This document shows positions 1-10,950 of a stretch of 64,000 nt of DNA, piece by piece. Made by a program: the position numbers and the translations under genes. The DNA is from Candidatus Heimdallarchaeota archaeon. GTDB lineage: Archaea > Asgardarchaeota > Heimdallarchaeia > Heimdallarchaeales > Heimdallarchaeaceae. Under the pieces are notes generated by a model. It was given only the letters and a program-made list of their open reading frames with translations. It made no database searches and was not told the DNA's origin. The number at the start of each line of letters is the position of its first letter. The stretch's first letter is position 1. Location of the stretch: the NCBI GenBank assembly GCA_016839945.1, contig JAEOTE010000108.1:14365-78364 (forward strand), in the 5' to 3' direction.

Positions 1-1
1 A

Positions 2-1000
2 GCTGCTCGTAAATATTCAGATAGAATTGCTGAAGCCTCTTCAACATACCAAGAATCACATAGCAATGAAATCATTGTTAATAATAGGGGAACAAGAATA
101 GAAAATGATGTTCATGTAATTAGGTTAATGAAAAACATAGTTGGGAGAGAAGGAACAAAAATGCAAAATGTGTTTGATTCTACTGGCGGTTCTGGAGGTT
201 GGGAATTGGTTGAAAACTGGGTTCCAGAGGATGAGGGAATAAAAGCAGCTGTTCAAGCAGAAAAACTACTAAGTGCTAGAAGTCCTCCAAGTGGGAAAAT
301 GAACGTGATAATGGATTCTTCATTAACTGGTGTTTATATTCATGAAGCTCTAGGTCATGCAGTTGAAGCTGATGGTGTTATCGCTAAATATTCGATTTTG
401 GAAGGAAGGATTAATGAAAAAATTGGTATTGACCAACTTGATGTTTATGATGATCCAACCATTCCAACTCTAAGAGGTTCTTACGAATATGATTCTGAGG
501 GAACAAAGACTAAGAAGAGAACAATTATTAAAGAAGGAATTCTAAAAGGATACTTCCACACTTTGGAAACAGCAACAGCATTAGATATGGAACCTAAAGG
601 TGGTGGAAGAGCTCTAAATTTCAATGTTACTCCTCTAGCTAGAATGGGAAATACTTACATAGATTCTGGAGACATGAAATTAGAGGAAATTGTTGAAATT
701 GCTAAGGATGGGGTTTATCTAAGAGAAAGTAATAGTGGTTATGTTGTTCCAGCTAAAGGTCAATTTTATTTTAATTGTCAATATGGTTATTTCATTGAAA
801 ATGGAGAAATAACAGATATGATGGGAAATGTTGGGATGTCAGGTATGATATTAGAGGTTCTACAGAACACTTTTGCAATTGGTGATAGTTGGGAACCAGC
901 ATTTCGAGGTTCATGTGGGAAAATGGGACAATGGATTCCTATATCAGGCGGCGGTCCTAATTTGGGTGTTTCAGATTTAGTTGTAGGAGGGAATGTCTAA
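2..1000 (+). CDS. tldD: TldD-type zinc metalloprotease, 5' end truncated by window edge
   Basis: Frame is open from nt 2 with no upstream stop, so the listed Met at 128 is internal. Metallopeptidase motif HEALGHAVE. Gly-rich C-terminus typical of the TldD/PmbA fold. Stop overlaps the next start (TAATG). Confidence 0.8.
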   Translation, partial: AARKYSDRIAEASSTYQESHSNEIIVNNRGTRIENDVHVIRLMKNIVGREGTKMQNVFDSTGGSGGWELVENWVPEDEGIKAAVQAEKLLSARSPPSGKMNVIMDSSLTGVYIHEALGHAVEADGVIAKYSILEGRINEKIGIDQLDVYDDPTIPTLRGSYEYDSEGTKTKKRTIIKEGILKGYFHTLETATALDMEPKGGGRALNFNVTPLARMGNTYIDSGDMKLEEIVEIAKDGVYLRESNSGYVVPAKGQFYFNCQYGYFIENGEITDMMGNVGMSGMILEVLQNTFAIGDSWEPAFRGSCGKMGQWIPISGGGPNLGVSDLVVGGNV

Positions 1001-2349
1001 TGTCTTCTGAAATCAAACATCATGATTTGGCAAAACATATTATAGACTATGGAATATCTCTCGGTGCAGATCAAATAGAAGCATACGTTTTATTTGGATC
1101 AGTTCGTAGTGTTCAAATAGAAAGAGGATCAATTCGTCGTTTTACAGATAAGAGTAATTCAGGTTTAGGAATTAGACTGATAAAAGATAAATCAATAGGT
1201 ATGGCTTCAACCACAATTTTCACTTCAGATTCTATTGAAAGCACTGTTAAAAATGCTTATGCATTAGCCAAAGTTAGTCCTCCAGATCAGAATTTTAATT
1301 CTCTTCCAAATGATACTAGACAATCTCAACCCATACCTGATAAATTTGACAAAAATATTGCAGAAATGCCAATTGAAGATTTTACAGAAATACTCTTAGA
1401 ATCTATTCAAGAAGCTACCATCAGAGAGGATGCAGTTATTAATGGAAATTTCAGTGTAGGATATGGAGAACGAGTGATAATTAATTCACTTGGAACTGAA
1501 AGATCTTCTAATCAGACTTCTATTAGTGGTTATTTAGATGTTAAACTTCAAGATGGAGATGATGTTGGAAATTCATACTATTATGATGCTGCAACTACTC
1601 TGAAAAATTTTGATTATATCAAGATAGGAAAAACAGCTGGAGAAAGAGCTAAAAAGATGCTAGGTTCGAAGAAAATAACTACTGCAACTTTACCTATCTT
1701 ACTCGATCCAGAGAGTACCTATGGTACAATTGCGACTATACTTGCTAGTGGCATTAATGCATTCAGTGTATATAATAAAACAGCATTTTTTATCGATAAA
1801 ATTGGCGATAAGATATCCTCTGATAAGTTAAACATAATTGATGACCCTTTTTATCCTGGTGGTACTGATTCAGCTTCATATGACGACGAAGGTGTAATTC
1901 CGCAAAAATTGTCTCTAGTTAAGGAAGGTATTCTTCAAACATACATTACAGATTCTTATACAGCTCCACTTGTCAACTTGGAAAACACAGGACACGCTTC
2001 AAGAGGTTCTTTCGCTGCCAGACCAAGTCCAGCTCCTTACACCCTTCAAATTGGTAAGGGAAGCACTTCTAAAGATTCAATGTTAGAAGACATGAAGGAG
2101 GGGATTTTATTGATATCATCTTCTCTCAATCCTATTGGAAGGAATCCTCAGATATCCACTCAAATAAATCAAGGATTTTTCGTTAAAAATGGAGAGATTG
2201 TACATCCAATTAAAAATGCAGTTATTGGAAGTACTGTTTTTGATGTTTATGAGAAAATCAATGTTGTTAGTAAAGAAATAGAAAATAGAAGTGGTCATAT
2301 AGCACCATGGATGGAATTATTACCACTACAAGTAAGTGGTGGAAAATAA
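1000..2349 (+). CDS. pmbA: PmbA/TldE-family partner of TldD
   Basis: 449-aa TldD/PmbA-family sequence without an HExxxH motif. Has the TGHASRGSF region. Translationally coupled to tldD. Confidence 0.75.
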   Translation: MSSEIKHHDLAKHIIDYGISLGADQIEAYVLFGSVRSVQIERGSIRRFTDKSNSGLGIRLIKDKSIGMASTTIFTSDSIESTVKNAYALAKVSPPDQNFNSLPNDTRQSQPIPDKFDKNIAEMPIEDFTEILLESIQEATIREDAVINGNFSVGYGERVIINSLGTERSSNQTSISGYLDVKLQDGDDVGNSYYYDAATTLKNFDYIKIGKTAGERAKKMLGSKKITTATLPILLDPESTYGTIATILASGINAFSVYNKTAFFIDKIGDKISSDKLNIIDDPFYPGGTDSASYDDEGVIPQKLSLVKEGILQTYITDSYTAPLVNLENTGHASRGSFAARPSPAPYTLQIGKGSTSKDSMLEDMKEGILLISSSLNPIGRNPQISTQINQGFFVKNGEIVHPIKNAVIGSTVFDVYEKINVVSKEIENRSGHIAPWMELLPLQVSGGK

Positions 2350-2388
2350 TAATTCTTTTTATCTTTTCAAATCAAAAAACTTATTTCT

Positions 2389-3309
2389 TTGCAAATTATT
2401 TTTCTTCTAATGGTAACAATTAGTTTATCTTTTTTAGCAAATTTTCTTTCTATCCTAGTTAACCTACTTCTTTTACTTCTCAAACTGATTGTTGGATTTA
2501 TTTTTAATTCTATAAGTTTAGTTGCAGATGGTTTTGATTCTGCTCTGGATTTAGTTACTGCTTCCTTTGCAGGTGTAGGTGAAAGAATAAGTAAAAAACC
2601 AGCAGATCAATCACATCCTTTCGGTCATCAAAAATTTCAATTTATTTTCAGTTTTGCAATAGCTCTTACACTATTTTTTTCCTCATATTACATTGCTGAT
2701 GAGTCTATAAGCCGTTTAATAGAAGGAATACAACTAGAATTTAGCATCCTTGTACTTATAGCAGCTTTGATTTCTTTTTTTGGAAAAATGATTCTTGCAT
2801 TAATATTGTATAGAATTGGAAACAAATTGAATTCTCCAGTTTTTATCGCAAACGCAAAGAATTATAGAACGGATGCTTTTTCTTCAATCTTTGTTATTAT
2901 CGCTTATATTGGAGTTAGATTCAATGTGATGTGGCTTGATCCTGCTAGCGCTTTTATTATTGTAGGATTGATTTTATTTACAGGATTAGATATAATTAGA
3001 AACGCTCTACCTGATTTATTAGATAAAGGACCCCCCAAAGAAGTCTTGGATAAACTGAAAAAAATTACTTTATCCTTCAAAGAAGTCAAAGAAGTACATA
3101 TTATTAGATTAAGATCCCTATTAGGTAAATTCACAGGTGATTTCCACATACTTGTTGATCCAGAGATGTCAATTTTGGAAGCTCATGCAGTTTCAGAACA
3201 AGTAAAAGAAAAACTAGAATTAGAAGAAGAATTCACGAATATAATTATTCACATAGAACCTTTTACGCCAGAAGAAGTTTTAGAAGCTAATAATTCAAAA
3301 AATATCTAA
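2389..3309 (+). CDS. Cation diffusion facilitator (CDF) family divalent-metal efflux transporter
   Basis: About six hydrophobic helices. CDF-like LVADGFDSALDLV and HPFGHQKFQ segments. C-terminal cytoplasmic domain (VHIIRLRS...FHILVDPEMSILEAH). The listed start is TTG; ATG at 2410 is equally plausible. Confidence 0.8.
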   Translation: MQIIFLLMVTISLSFLANFLSILVNLLLLLLKLIVGFIFNSISLVADGFDSALDLVTASFAGVGERISKKPADQSHPFGHQKFQFIFSFAIALTLFFSSYYIADESISRLIEGIQLEFSILVLIAALISFFGKMILALILYRIGNKLNSPVFIANAKNYRTDAFSSIFVIIAYIGVRFNVMWLDPASAFIIVGLILFTGLDIIRNALPDLLDKGPPKEVLDKLKKITLSFKEVKEVHIIRLRSLLGKFTGDFHILVDPEMSILEAHAVSEQVKEKLELEEEFTNIIIHIEPFTPEEVLEANNSKNI

Positions 3310-3767
3310 CCTTGTATAGATCTTTCTTTTCTTTTCCAAGCTTTTGACATTAAGCTTATTTCTCCACTATGTTGATTTAGATGAAATATATACTCGAATA
3401 ACCAATCTTCAACACTCATTGAATATTCTTTATAATTTCTAAGTTCTCCCAAAATTTCATCGCTTAATTTACTGAAATTACTTTCTACATAAGAAACTAG
3501 TTTGTCAAATTTTACAACTAATTGTTCATTGGATAGTTTTTCATCAAATTTTGGTGAACTTTCGCGTTTAACTTGTTTATTCAAAATTACATCTGCAATC
3601 CATTTTTGGTCCTGAATACTATGCTGAATAATCCAACTAACTGAATTAGTAAATTCATGGATTTTCCATTCCAAGATCTCTTCAGACAAATGCGTAATAA
3701 AATCACGAAATGCATCGTGTGATTTTTTTACTAATTTTATATAGTTTTGTAGTTCATTATTACTCAT
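3306..3767 (-). CDS. DinB/YfiT-like helical-bundle protein (tentative)
   Basis: 153-aa all-helical ORF with spaced His residues (WIIQHS, HLNQHSGE) reminiscent of the DinB_2 family. Weak assignment. Confidence 0.4.
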   Translation of the reverse strand: MSNNELQNYIKLVKKSHDAFRDFITHLSEEILEWKIHEFTNSVSWIIQHSIQDQKWIADVILNKQVKRESSPKFDEKLSNEQLVVKFDKLVSYVESNFSKLSDEILGELRNYKEYSMSVEDWLFEYIFHLNQHSGEISLMSKAWKRKERSIQG

Positions 3768-3863
3768 TGATATTTATGAAATTTATTTGTTCTATTTAAA
3801 AACTAGGTTTTTCAGAATAACTTACTGAAAGATTTTTAATTACTTATCCATTATGAAAAATGA

Positions 3864-5222
3864 ATGCTAGATTTAGATATAAAGACTGATGTTCTCATTG
3901 TTGGTGCAGGACCTGCAGGTATCAGTCTTGCCATAAATCTTGGAAAAAGAAACATTTCTTGTATTTTAGTGGATCAGAAAACAAAGAAAATGATTGGATA
4001 TAAACCCTGTGGAGATGCTCTCTCTCTAAAAGCAGCGGGAATATTATTTGAACTCTGTGGGATCAACCCTCCGAAGGGAGAAGAAATATCAGAGAGGTTG
4101 GATACTGCTCATTTTCAACCAACACTAGACTATGAATTGAAAATCCATCATTCATCACAAACTGTTGACAGATTGAAATATGGACAACGATTATTGAAAA
4201 CCTTAATATCAGATTTTCCTTGTGTTGAAATCAAACCAAAACACAAGGTTGTTGACACAATTATCGAAGATGGTAAAGTAGTTGGTTGTAGAATTCGTCA
4301 AGAGAATGGGAAGATAATAAAGATTTATGCAAAAATAGTAGCGGATTGTTCTGGTGTTACAGGCATTGTAAGAAGAAACATCACTGAAGATGTTTCAGAT
4401 AAGTTTCCTAAGAAGCTGCATAATAAAGAGATAATTGTTTCTTATAGAGAAATAATCGAATTACCAAAACCTCACAAATATCAAAAACAAATGAGGATAG
4501 AATATCATGAAGAGTTACCAGCTCCGGGTTATTTTTGGATTTTCTCAAAAGGTGAAAAGACTCTAAATATTGGTGTTGGATGGTTAATTAACGATTATAA
4601 TAAGCAATTTAGTGCAAAGAAAATATGTGAACAGCTTCGAAACAAATTTTTCCCCAAAGCGAAAATTATCGACGCTGCTGGTGATACTTTAACTGGAAGA
4701 TTGCCATTATATTCTATGGTTGGAAATGGTTTTATAACTTGTGGAGATTCTGCTGCATTAGTTAACCCAATTAGTGGAGAAGGTCATGCTCCTGCCTTAT
4801 TAAGTGGTTTCTATGCAGCAGAAGTACTTGAACTAGCAATAAGAAACCAAGACTATAGTGAAGAAGCTTTGTGGGATTTCAATGTGAAAATATGGGATAT
4901 GTATGGTTATGATGGAGGGTTAGGGATTGCTGTTCATAAATTACTAAATTCAGTTCCATTTAGGGATTTTTCATTTCTATTTGAGAAAGAGATAATCTCT
5001 CAAAAAGATGTAGACGCAATAATGGATGATTATTCAGTAAAACTACCAATTTTCCAGAAAATTATCAAGGGACTGAGAAAACCAGTGTTACTCTTTAAGG
5101 TTGCAAAGGGATTATTACTTGCTGAAAGGATAAAAAAACTATCAAAGAATTATCCCAAAAATACAAAGAAATTTTATAGATGGATGAAGAAAATTAAAAG
5201 AATAGAAAAAAGAAGAATTTAA
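3864..5222 (+). CDS. FAD-dependent geranylgeranyl reductase family oxidoreductase
   Basis: Dinucleotide-binding N-terminus VLIVGAGPAGISLA. GDSAALVNPISGEGH motif typical of GGR-type flavoproteins. Basic ~50-aa C-terminal tail. Confidence 0.75.
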   Translation: MLDLDIKTDVLIVGAGPAGISLAINLGKRNISCILVDQKTKKMIGYKPCGDALSLKAAGILFELCGINPPKGEEISERLDTAHFQPTLDYELKIHHSSQTVDRLKYGQRLLKTLISDFPCVEIKPKHKVVDTIIEDGKVVGCRIRQENGKIIKIYAKIVADCSGVTGIVRRNITEDVSDKFPKKLHNKEIIVSYREIIELPKPHKYQKQMRIEYHEELPAPGYFWIFSKGEKTLNIGVGWLINDYNKQFSAKKICEQLRNKFFPKAKIIDAAGDTLTGRLPLYSMVGNGFITCGDSAALVNPISGEGHAPALLSGFYAAEVLELAIRNQDYSEEALWDFNVKIWDMYGYDGGLGIAVHKLLNSVPFRDFSFLFEKEIISQKDVDAIMDDYSVKLPIFQKIIKGLRKPVLLFKVAKGLLLAERIKKLSKNYPKNTKKFYRWMKKIKRIEKRRI

Positions 5223-7081
5223 TCAGTCATAATCCTTCCATCTTGGATATTTACAATTTTATCACAGACTTTTGCCATTTCTAAATCATGTGTTACTAAA
5301 ATAACTGTAGTATTTTTCTCCTTAGAAAATCTGCTAATTAGTTCTATTACTTTTTGTCCTGTTTGTGAGTCTAAATCTCCAGTTGGTTCATCTGCAAAAA
5401 GAACAACTGGATCATTAATCATTGCTCTCGCAATAGTTACTCTTTGAAGTTGCCCTCCACTTAATTTGATTGGAAATTGATTTTGAAATCTTTCTAGTTC
5501 AACTTCTTCGATTAATTCCAATGCTCTTTTTCTAACTTCTCTTCTATTTCTACCTACCATTAATCCAGGTAACATAACATTTTCAAGAACTGTCAATTGC
5601 GGTATTAGGTTATAGTATTGAAAAATAAAACCCATATTCTTTCTTCTAAACATAGATAATTCTGAATCTGATAAAAGATCAATATTCTTACCTAATAGAA
5701 AAACAGCTCCTCTACTAGGAGTATCCAAACCAGATAAAAGATTTAGTAAGGTAGTTTTTCCACTTCCTGAAGGACCAACTATTGATATCATTTCACCTTT
5801 TTTCAGCTCTAAATCTACTCCTCGTAATGCGTAAACTGTTGAGCCTAATAATCGATATGTTTTGAACAAAGATACTCCTTTTAGTATTATATCAGGGGAT
5901 ACTTCTATTTCAGTTTCTTTCTCATGACTAATTTCAGATGGGATTGTTTGAAAGTAAGCTAAATCTCTAAACTTATCGGAATAAAATTTGAGAAGTTGAA
6001 TTTCTGCTAGTGTACTAACAACTATATTGGAGAGATCACTTACGTCAGGACTTTGAACATCTGGAACATCTTTGAATTTATTGATAATCTCTAATAAAAT
6101 CTGGTAAGTGTGTTTTACTCTCTTTTGAATAAAATCTAGCTTTGAGATATAATCATCACAATTAATCGTACTTTCTAGTAGCATTAAATAATCCATTAGA
6201 GGACTATAGTCTAATTTCTCCACTTGCTCAATTAAATCTCTTCTAACTTCTGATATCCTTTTAATCTGTTTATGTAAAATCGAGATAACTTGTTGTGTTG
6301 AGGATAATAATCCGAAAACTACTCGAAGTATTCTCCAGAGCTTATCAGTCATTTCTTTTTCAATTTTAGCCACATAATCTTTATCTGTGAATGTCTTTTC
6401 AAGTAGATTTATTGCATCTTCAGCTGAATTTAACATTGGATTTAAGTTGTTAATACAAGTTTTTCCAAATTGCATTATAACTAGATTTTCTGATATTGTT
6501 CTCAGTGGAATGTTACTTTCCTTGTCGTCAACTTCTCGTTTCAGAATGAGATCTGGCATCATTATTATATCTGCATGTTCTTTTGGAAAATCCCAGATTG
6601 TTATAAAACTATTAAGTAGAACATCACTTACATGCTTTACGACCCTGTCGTCAATATCATTTGCTTTTTCTTCAATTTGTTTAACTAAACTTGAAATATC
6701 TTCAGTTTTTGAATTCTTGACTAGTTGAGTTAACATTTTAGTAATATCTTTAATTTCGATATTTTGACGAATCTTCTTAGCATATAGTGAACACTCATTT
6801 TGACAGTAGTTATGCAGTATTTGTTCTACTTGATTTACAACGTTCTTTCTTTGATCTTGATGTTCAACAAGTTCTAAAGGAAATTCACAAGTTATGAATA
6901 GAAATGTATTTACTTCAAGAGTTTTGAATGAAGAAGCTTTCAATTTTCTTGTTAGGTATTTCTTAAATTTTCTAATGAGTACAATTAAAGAATCTCTATT
7001 AAGCTTATTAATGAGAATTCCAATCGTTAGTTCAACTTGAGGAATTTGAACTTCAGTGGTAGATAAGATTTCTTGTGTCAT
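5219..7081 (-). CDS. ABC transporter ATP-binding protein with an uncharacterised ~390-aa N-terminal domain
   Basis: The C-terminal ~225 aa carry Walker A GPSGSGKTT, signature LSGGQLQR and Walker B LFADEPTGDLD. The N-terminal ~390 aa are helix-rich with no motif I recognise. Start overlaps the upstream ATPase stop by 4 nt. Confidence 0.8.
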   Translation of the reverse strand: MTQEILSTTEVQIPQVELTIGILINKLNRDSLIVLIRKFKKYLTRKLKASSFKTLEVNTFLFITCEFPLELVEHQDQRKNVVNQVEQILHNYCQNECSLYAKKIRQNIEIKDITKMLTQLVKNSKTEDISSLVKQIEEKANDIDDRVVKHVSDVLLNSFITIWDFPKEHADIIMMPDLILKREVDDKESNIPLRTISENLVIMQFGKTCINNLNPMLNSAEDAINLLEKTFTDKDYVAKIEKEMTDKLWRILRVVFGLLSSTQQVISILHKQIKRISEVRRDLIEQVEKLDYSPLMDYLMLLESTINCDDYISKLDFIQKRVKHTYQILLEIINKFKDVPDVQSPDVSDLSNIVVSTLAEIQLLKFYSDKFRDLAYFQTIPSEISHEKETEIEVSPDIILKGVSLFKTYRLLGSTVYALRGVDLELKKGEMISIVGPSGSGKTTLLNLLSGLDTPSRGAVFLLGKNIDLLSDSELSMFRRKNMGFIFQYYNLIPQLTVLENVMLPGLMVGRNRREVRKRALELIEEVELERFQNQFPIKLSGGQLQRVTIARAMINDPVVLFADEPTGDLDSQTGQKVIELISRFSKEKNTTVILVTHDLEMAKVCDKIVNIQDGRIMTD

Positions 7082-7779
7082 TTCCTACCATCTCCATAAT
7101 CAACTATTTCTCCGTCAACTATTCTTATGATTCTGTGACAAAAACTAGCAATATATTCGGAATGAGTAACAACTAAGAAAGTTTGTTTGTAATTTTCATT
7201 AATTGAGACAAAAAGATTCATAATTTCAGTAGATGTATCTTGATCGAGGTCACCAGTAGGTTCATCTCCTAATATTATAGCAGGAGACATTAACAATGCT
7301 CTAGAAACGGCGACCCTTTGTTGTTCCCCGCCACTTAACTCATTTGGGAGATGATAAATTTTATCTCCAAGTCCCATTTGTCTCAACATCATCTTAGCTT
7401 CTTCTTCAGCTTCAAGACGAGTTGTTTCTGTTAATAATAATGGAAGAACAGTATTCTCAAGAGCAGACAAAAATTCAAAGAGGTTGAATAACTGAAAAAT
7501 GTATCCGATATTTCTTAATCTAAAATTTGTCATGTCAATATCAGTTAGTAGACTTATGTCTTGATTTTCAATGTATATTTTTCCGCTAGTAGGTTGATCA
7601 ATACCTCCTAAAAGGTTTAGAAGCGTCGTTTTACCGCATCCTGAAGGTCCCATGATTCCAACCATTTCTCCTCTTTTAATTTCAATATCAATACCATTTA
7701 ACGCATGAACTTCCATTGGTGTATCTTGAGCATATATCTTATGGAGATTTTCAGTTTTTACTATAATATCATCTATCAT
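7078..7779 (-). CDS. ABC transporter ATP-binding protein (MacB/LolD type)
   Basis: Walker A GPSGCGKTT, signature LSGGEQQR, Walker B ILGDEPTGDLD. 233 aa. Confidence 0.9.
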   Translation of the reverse strand: MIDDIIVKTENLHKIYAQDTPMEVHALNGIDIEIKRGEMVGIMGPSGCGKTTLLNLLGGIDQPTSGKIYIENQDISLLTDIDMTNFRLRNIGYIFQLFNLFEFLSALENTVLPLLLTETTRLEAEEEAKMMLRQMGLGDKIYHLPNELSGGEQQRVAVSRALLMSPAIILGDEPTGDLDQDTSTEIMNLFVSINENYKQTFLVVTHSEYIASFCHRIIRIVDGEIVDYGDGRK

Positions 7780-7785
7780 TTTATA

Positions 7786-10700
7786 TCACCCAACATACCT
7801 TATTGCTTCTGCAGGAGTAATTTGGCTTGCTCTTATTCCTGGAATTATTGAAGCTAGAAGTGCTATTCCTATCATTATTCCCGTATATATTAGAACTCTC
7901 ACAACTGGAATGATTAACAGCCAGTCGAATACTCTGGCTAAAGCCCATCCTAGTAGTACGCTATTTACTATTCCCATAACTAAACCAAGAATTGCTAAGA
8001 TGAACAATTCTATCATTATTGATTGAATGATTTGCCTTTTCTTGTATCCAATAGCTCTCATCATACCTATTTCTCGACGTCTTTCAGATACATTTCTAAC
8101 AGCAATAATCACCATTCCTAGAGCTCCAACAACTAAACCAAAACTAACAAAATATTGCATGAAATCAAATGTTCTTACTTGGAAATCAACTATCTCTAAC
8201 ATCTCATCCCAAACATTTGTTGCTGAAGCTGCTACAAAATCCTCTGTTTGAATTAGAACAGAATCATTCCCATTAAAGAATTCTTCAATTTTTTCTGCAA
8301 TGATTGAATTTCTTCCAGTTCTGAATTCTTCATTAGTGCTTACAAGATATTTAGTATGTTTTGGATAGAGTGCGAAGTTAAGATATAGAAATGGATACAA
8401 ATCTGGAGTAATGAGCAAAGCAGGAAAACTACTGCTTATGCTGAAAGGATATAAGCGCATAGTAGCCAAAACTATTACTTCTGTAGGATTTCCATAGAAG
8501 TTTGTTATATTGAACACATCACCAGGCATGAATATCATGCTGGTTGAGATAACAGTTGGAAGTCCATCTACGTTATCAATAAAACCTTCTTTATTGAATT
8601 TAGTTCTGTTGTAGAAGAAATCCCATATTTCATGACTATATTCACGTTGGTAACTTTCAGGAGCCGCTGGTTTATATTTTTCATTGAGTTGTGTAACTGA
8701 TTGTTCAAAAATAAAATCAAATGTATAGTCATCACCTGTTTTAAAAGTATCATTGTAAATAAGATCTATAACACTTGGGAAGAAGTCAGTCGGTATTTCT
8801 AAATCTTCTACATCTTCATCCGTTTGTATGAAAGCAAGGGTTGAATTTATTCCTTGAACATTAGTAATTGAATCATCAACTTGGTATAAATCCTCTTCCA
8901 CATTAATAAGAGAAATATTAGCAACTGGTGTATCTAGTTCAACAAAAATAGATGCGCCACCACTTAGAAATTCAACAGATTCTAATGTATTGTAAGCAAA
9001 TGTTGACTGATATACACTTGCAAAAATATTCATTGTTAAAACTAGAGTAAATATTCCGAAGGTTAATGTACTTCTTATTGCTTTTGAGGTCATATATTTA
9101 CTTGCTATTAATGAAACACCTTTTTTCATTCTTGTTCGGTATAAAATATTTCTAATGAAATTCGTAACAGCTGAAAGATTAACTCCAACCCATATAATAG
9201 TACCTAATGCCAAAACTATAGCAAGAGTGATTAATATTTTGTTATTCTCTCGTAAATCTGTTAATTGTGGTAAAGATAACAGGAGCATGAAAACTGCAAT
9301 TAGAATGAATGTTAAGCCAATTCCATTACTCATTATTTTCTTTGAAAAGAAATAGCCAAGAAGTATACTTATACCTAATAGAATTCCTGCTGAAGCTCCC
9401 ATGAATGTCCATTGTTCTACTGCTGTATTCCACCCATTTGCAGTGAAAAATGAATCAAAAATCAGTAAATGAGTCGTAAAAACACTGATTCCTGCTAGTA
9501 TGAAAGCTATTCCCACTGCTAGAGAAACATTGCCAGCTCTTTTCCTACTAACTTTCTTTATTCCTCTAATTACTTCGATTACATCAACTCGTGATGCGCG
9601 AATTGCAGGAAAAATTCCAGCTCCAATTGCTAGAATTAAACCTATTGCAAGAGAGTATCCTATTGCTCCCCAAGTTACAACTGGTTGCAAAATAGCTTCC
9701 CCATCGAAGAATGTTTTTCCAATTTGCCAAACAAGGAATCTTGACATTCCATACCCACCAGCAACACCTAGGAATGAACCCAAAAAACCTAAAATTGCAG
9801 ATTCTAGCAAAATCATTCTTATAATTTCTCTTTTTCTAGAACCAATAGCTCTAAGAATGCCTAGTTGATTTATACGATCTTCGACTTGAATAAGTTGGAT
9901 ATTTACTAGAAGCAATACACCTGAGAAAATAATAAGAGACCCAAACAAATTAAATGCGAGAAGTACGTCTTGCAAGACTTCATCTGCTGTTTCTAATATC
10001 AAAGCTCGAAAGGCTATAACTATGACATTATCTCCTTCTAACAGTTCTATTAACTCATCTTCAACTTCTTTTGCATACTCATTACTTACAGGAAATTCCT
10101 CATGATTGCTACTTAATGATATACTTATCTCACTACATTCATTTGGACCAAAGCCAACTATTGACCTCATATTATCTATACTTGTCCATACAGTTCTCCC
10201 ACCTAGTTCCTTTCCTTTTCCCTCCTCCTTAACTAACTTGACAACTGTTACATCAAAAGTTTTGTAGTCAAATACTAGAGATGTTGCATTTAGCTCTCCA
10301 ACACGGATTTTCATAACAGAATTGAGTGTTACATTTAGATCTTCAGCAAAAGTATCGCTGATCATAATATTAGTTTCATTTGAAAAAATATTGGAAAGCT
10401 CTGATTGGGAGATTATTGAACCATTTATATCATAGAATGAATCAAAAACAGGATCTTCATCTAACTCTATACCCGTATAACTAACTCCTTTTTCTAGTTC
10501 ACCTGACTCCAAATTATAGATCGCGACACTTTGACTTATCCGCGCATTAATAGCCGTATAATTTATTGAAGAAGAATCAATTTTATCAATAATGTTCTGA
10601 TAGTCTTGTATAGGGAAACTAAACCCTGTTATAATTATATCAATTTCACCTACTGCTTCAATAAAGAAATCAATAGCTTCTGAAGCAAAACTAGTGATTG

Positions 10701-10824
10701 TAATCTGAACTCCCACCATTAAACTAACGCCTAAAGATATAGCTATCAATGTACCTACATTCTTTCCTAGTCTTCGTTTGAATGTTTTTTGGATAAGCGT
10801 CCCTATGTAGCTCATATCTTTCAC
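7786..10824 (-). CDS. ABC transporter permease with two FtsX/MacB-type modules
   Basis: 1012 aa. Two FtsX-like segments (LRAIGSRKREIIRMILLESA... and MRAIGYKKRQIIQSIMIELF...), each preceded by a large hydrophilic extracytoplasmic region and flanked by TM helices. Confidence 0.8.
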   Translation of the reverse strand: MKDMSYIGTLIQKTFKRRLGKNVGTLIAISLGVSLMVGVQITITSFASEAIDFFIEAVGEIDIIITGFSFPIQDYQNIIDKIDSSSINYTAINARISQSVAIYNLESGELEKGVSYTGIELDEDPVFDSFYDINGSIISQSELSNIFSNETNIMISDTFAEDLNVTLNSVMKIRVGELNATSLVFDYKTFDVTVVKLVKEEGKGKELGGRTVWTSIDNMRSIVGFGPNECSEISISLSSNHEEFPVSNEYAKEVEDELIELLEGDNVIVIAFRALILETADEVLQDVLLAFNLFGSLIIFSGVLLLVNIQLIQVEDRINQLGILRAIGSRKREIIRMILLESAILGFLGSFLGVAGGYGMSRFLVWQIGKTFFDGEAILQPVVTWGAIGYSLAIGLILAIGAGIFPAIRASRVDVIEVIRGIKKVSRKRAGNVSLAVGIAFILAGISVFTTHLLIFDSFFTANGWNTAVEQWTFMGASAGILLGISILLGYFFSKKIMSNGIGLTFILIAVFMLLLSLPQLTDLRENNKILITLAIVLALGTIIWVGVNLSAVTNFIRNILYRTRMKKGVSLIASKYMTSKAIRSTLTFGIFTLVLTMNIFASVYQSTFAYNTLESVEFLSGGASIFVELDTPVANISLINVEEDLYQVDDSITNVQGINSTLAFIQTDEDVEDLEIPTDFFPSVIDLIYNDTFKTGDDYTFDFIFEQSVTQLNEKYKPAAPESYQREYSHEIWDFFYNRTKFNKEGFIDNVDGLPTVISTSMIFMPGDVFNITNFYGNPTEVIVLATMRLYPFSISSSFPALLITPDLYPFLYLNFALYPKHTKYLVSTNEEFRTGRNSIIAEKIEEFFNGNDSVLIQTEDFVAASATNVWDEMLEIVDFQVRTFDFMQYFVSFGLVVGALGMVIIAVRNVSERRREIGMMRAIGYKKRQIIQSIMIELFILAILGLVMGIVNSVLLGWALARVFDWLLIIPVVRVLIYTGIMIGIALLASIIPGIRASQITPAEAIRYVG

Positions 10825-10950
10825 TCTATTCAGATAAACCTTAACGAAATTAATATTCTACTATGGTATTTAAAACATTATTTATGTCAATATTTTCGTG
10901 TTTTTCTTTGAAAACTAAATATTCTTAAATTAAATAAAAAATCAAATTTT

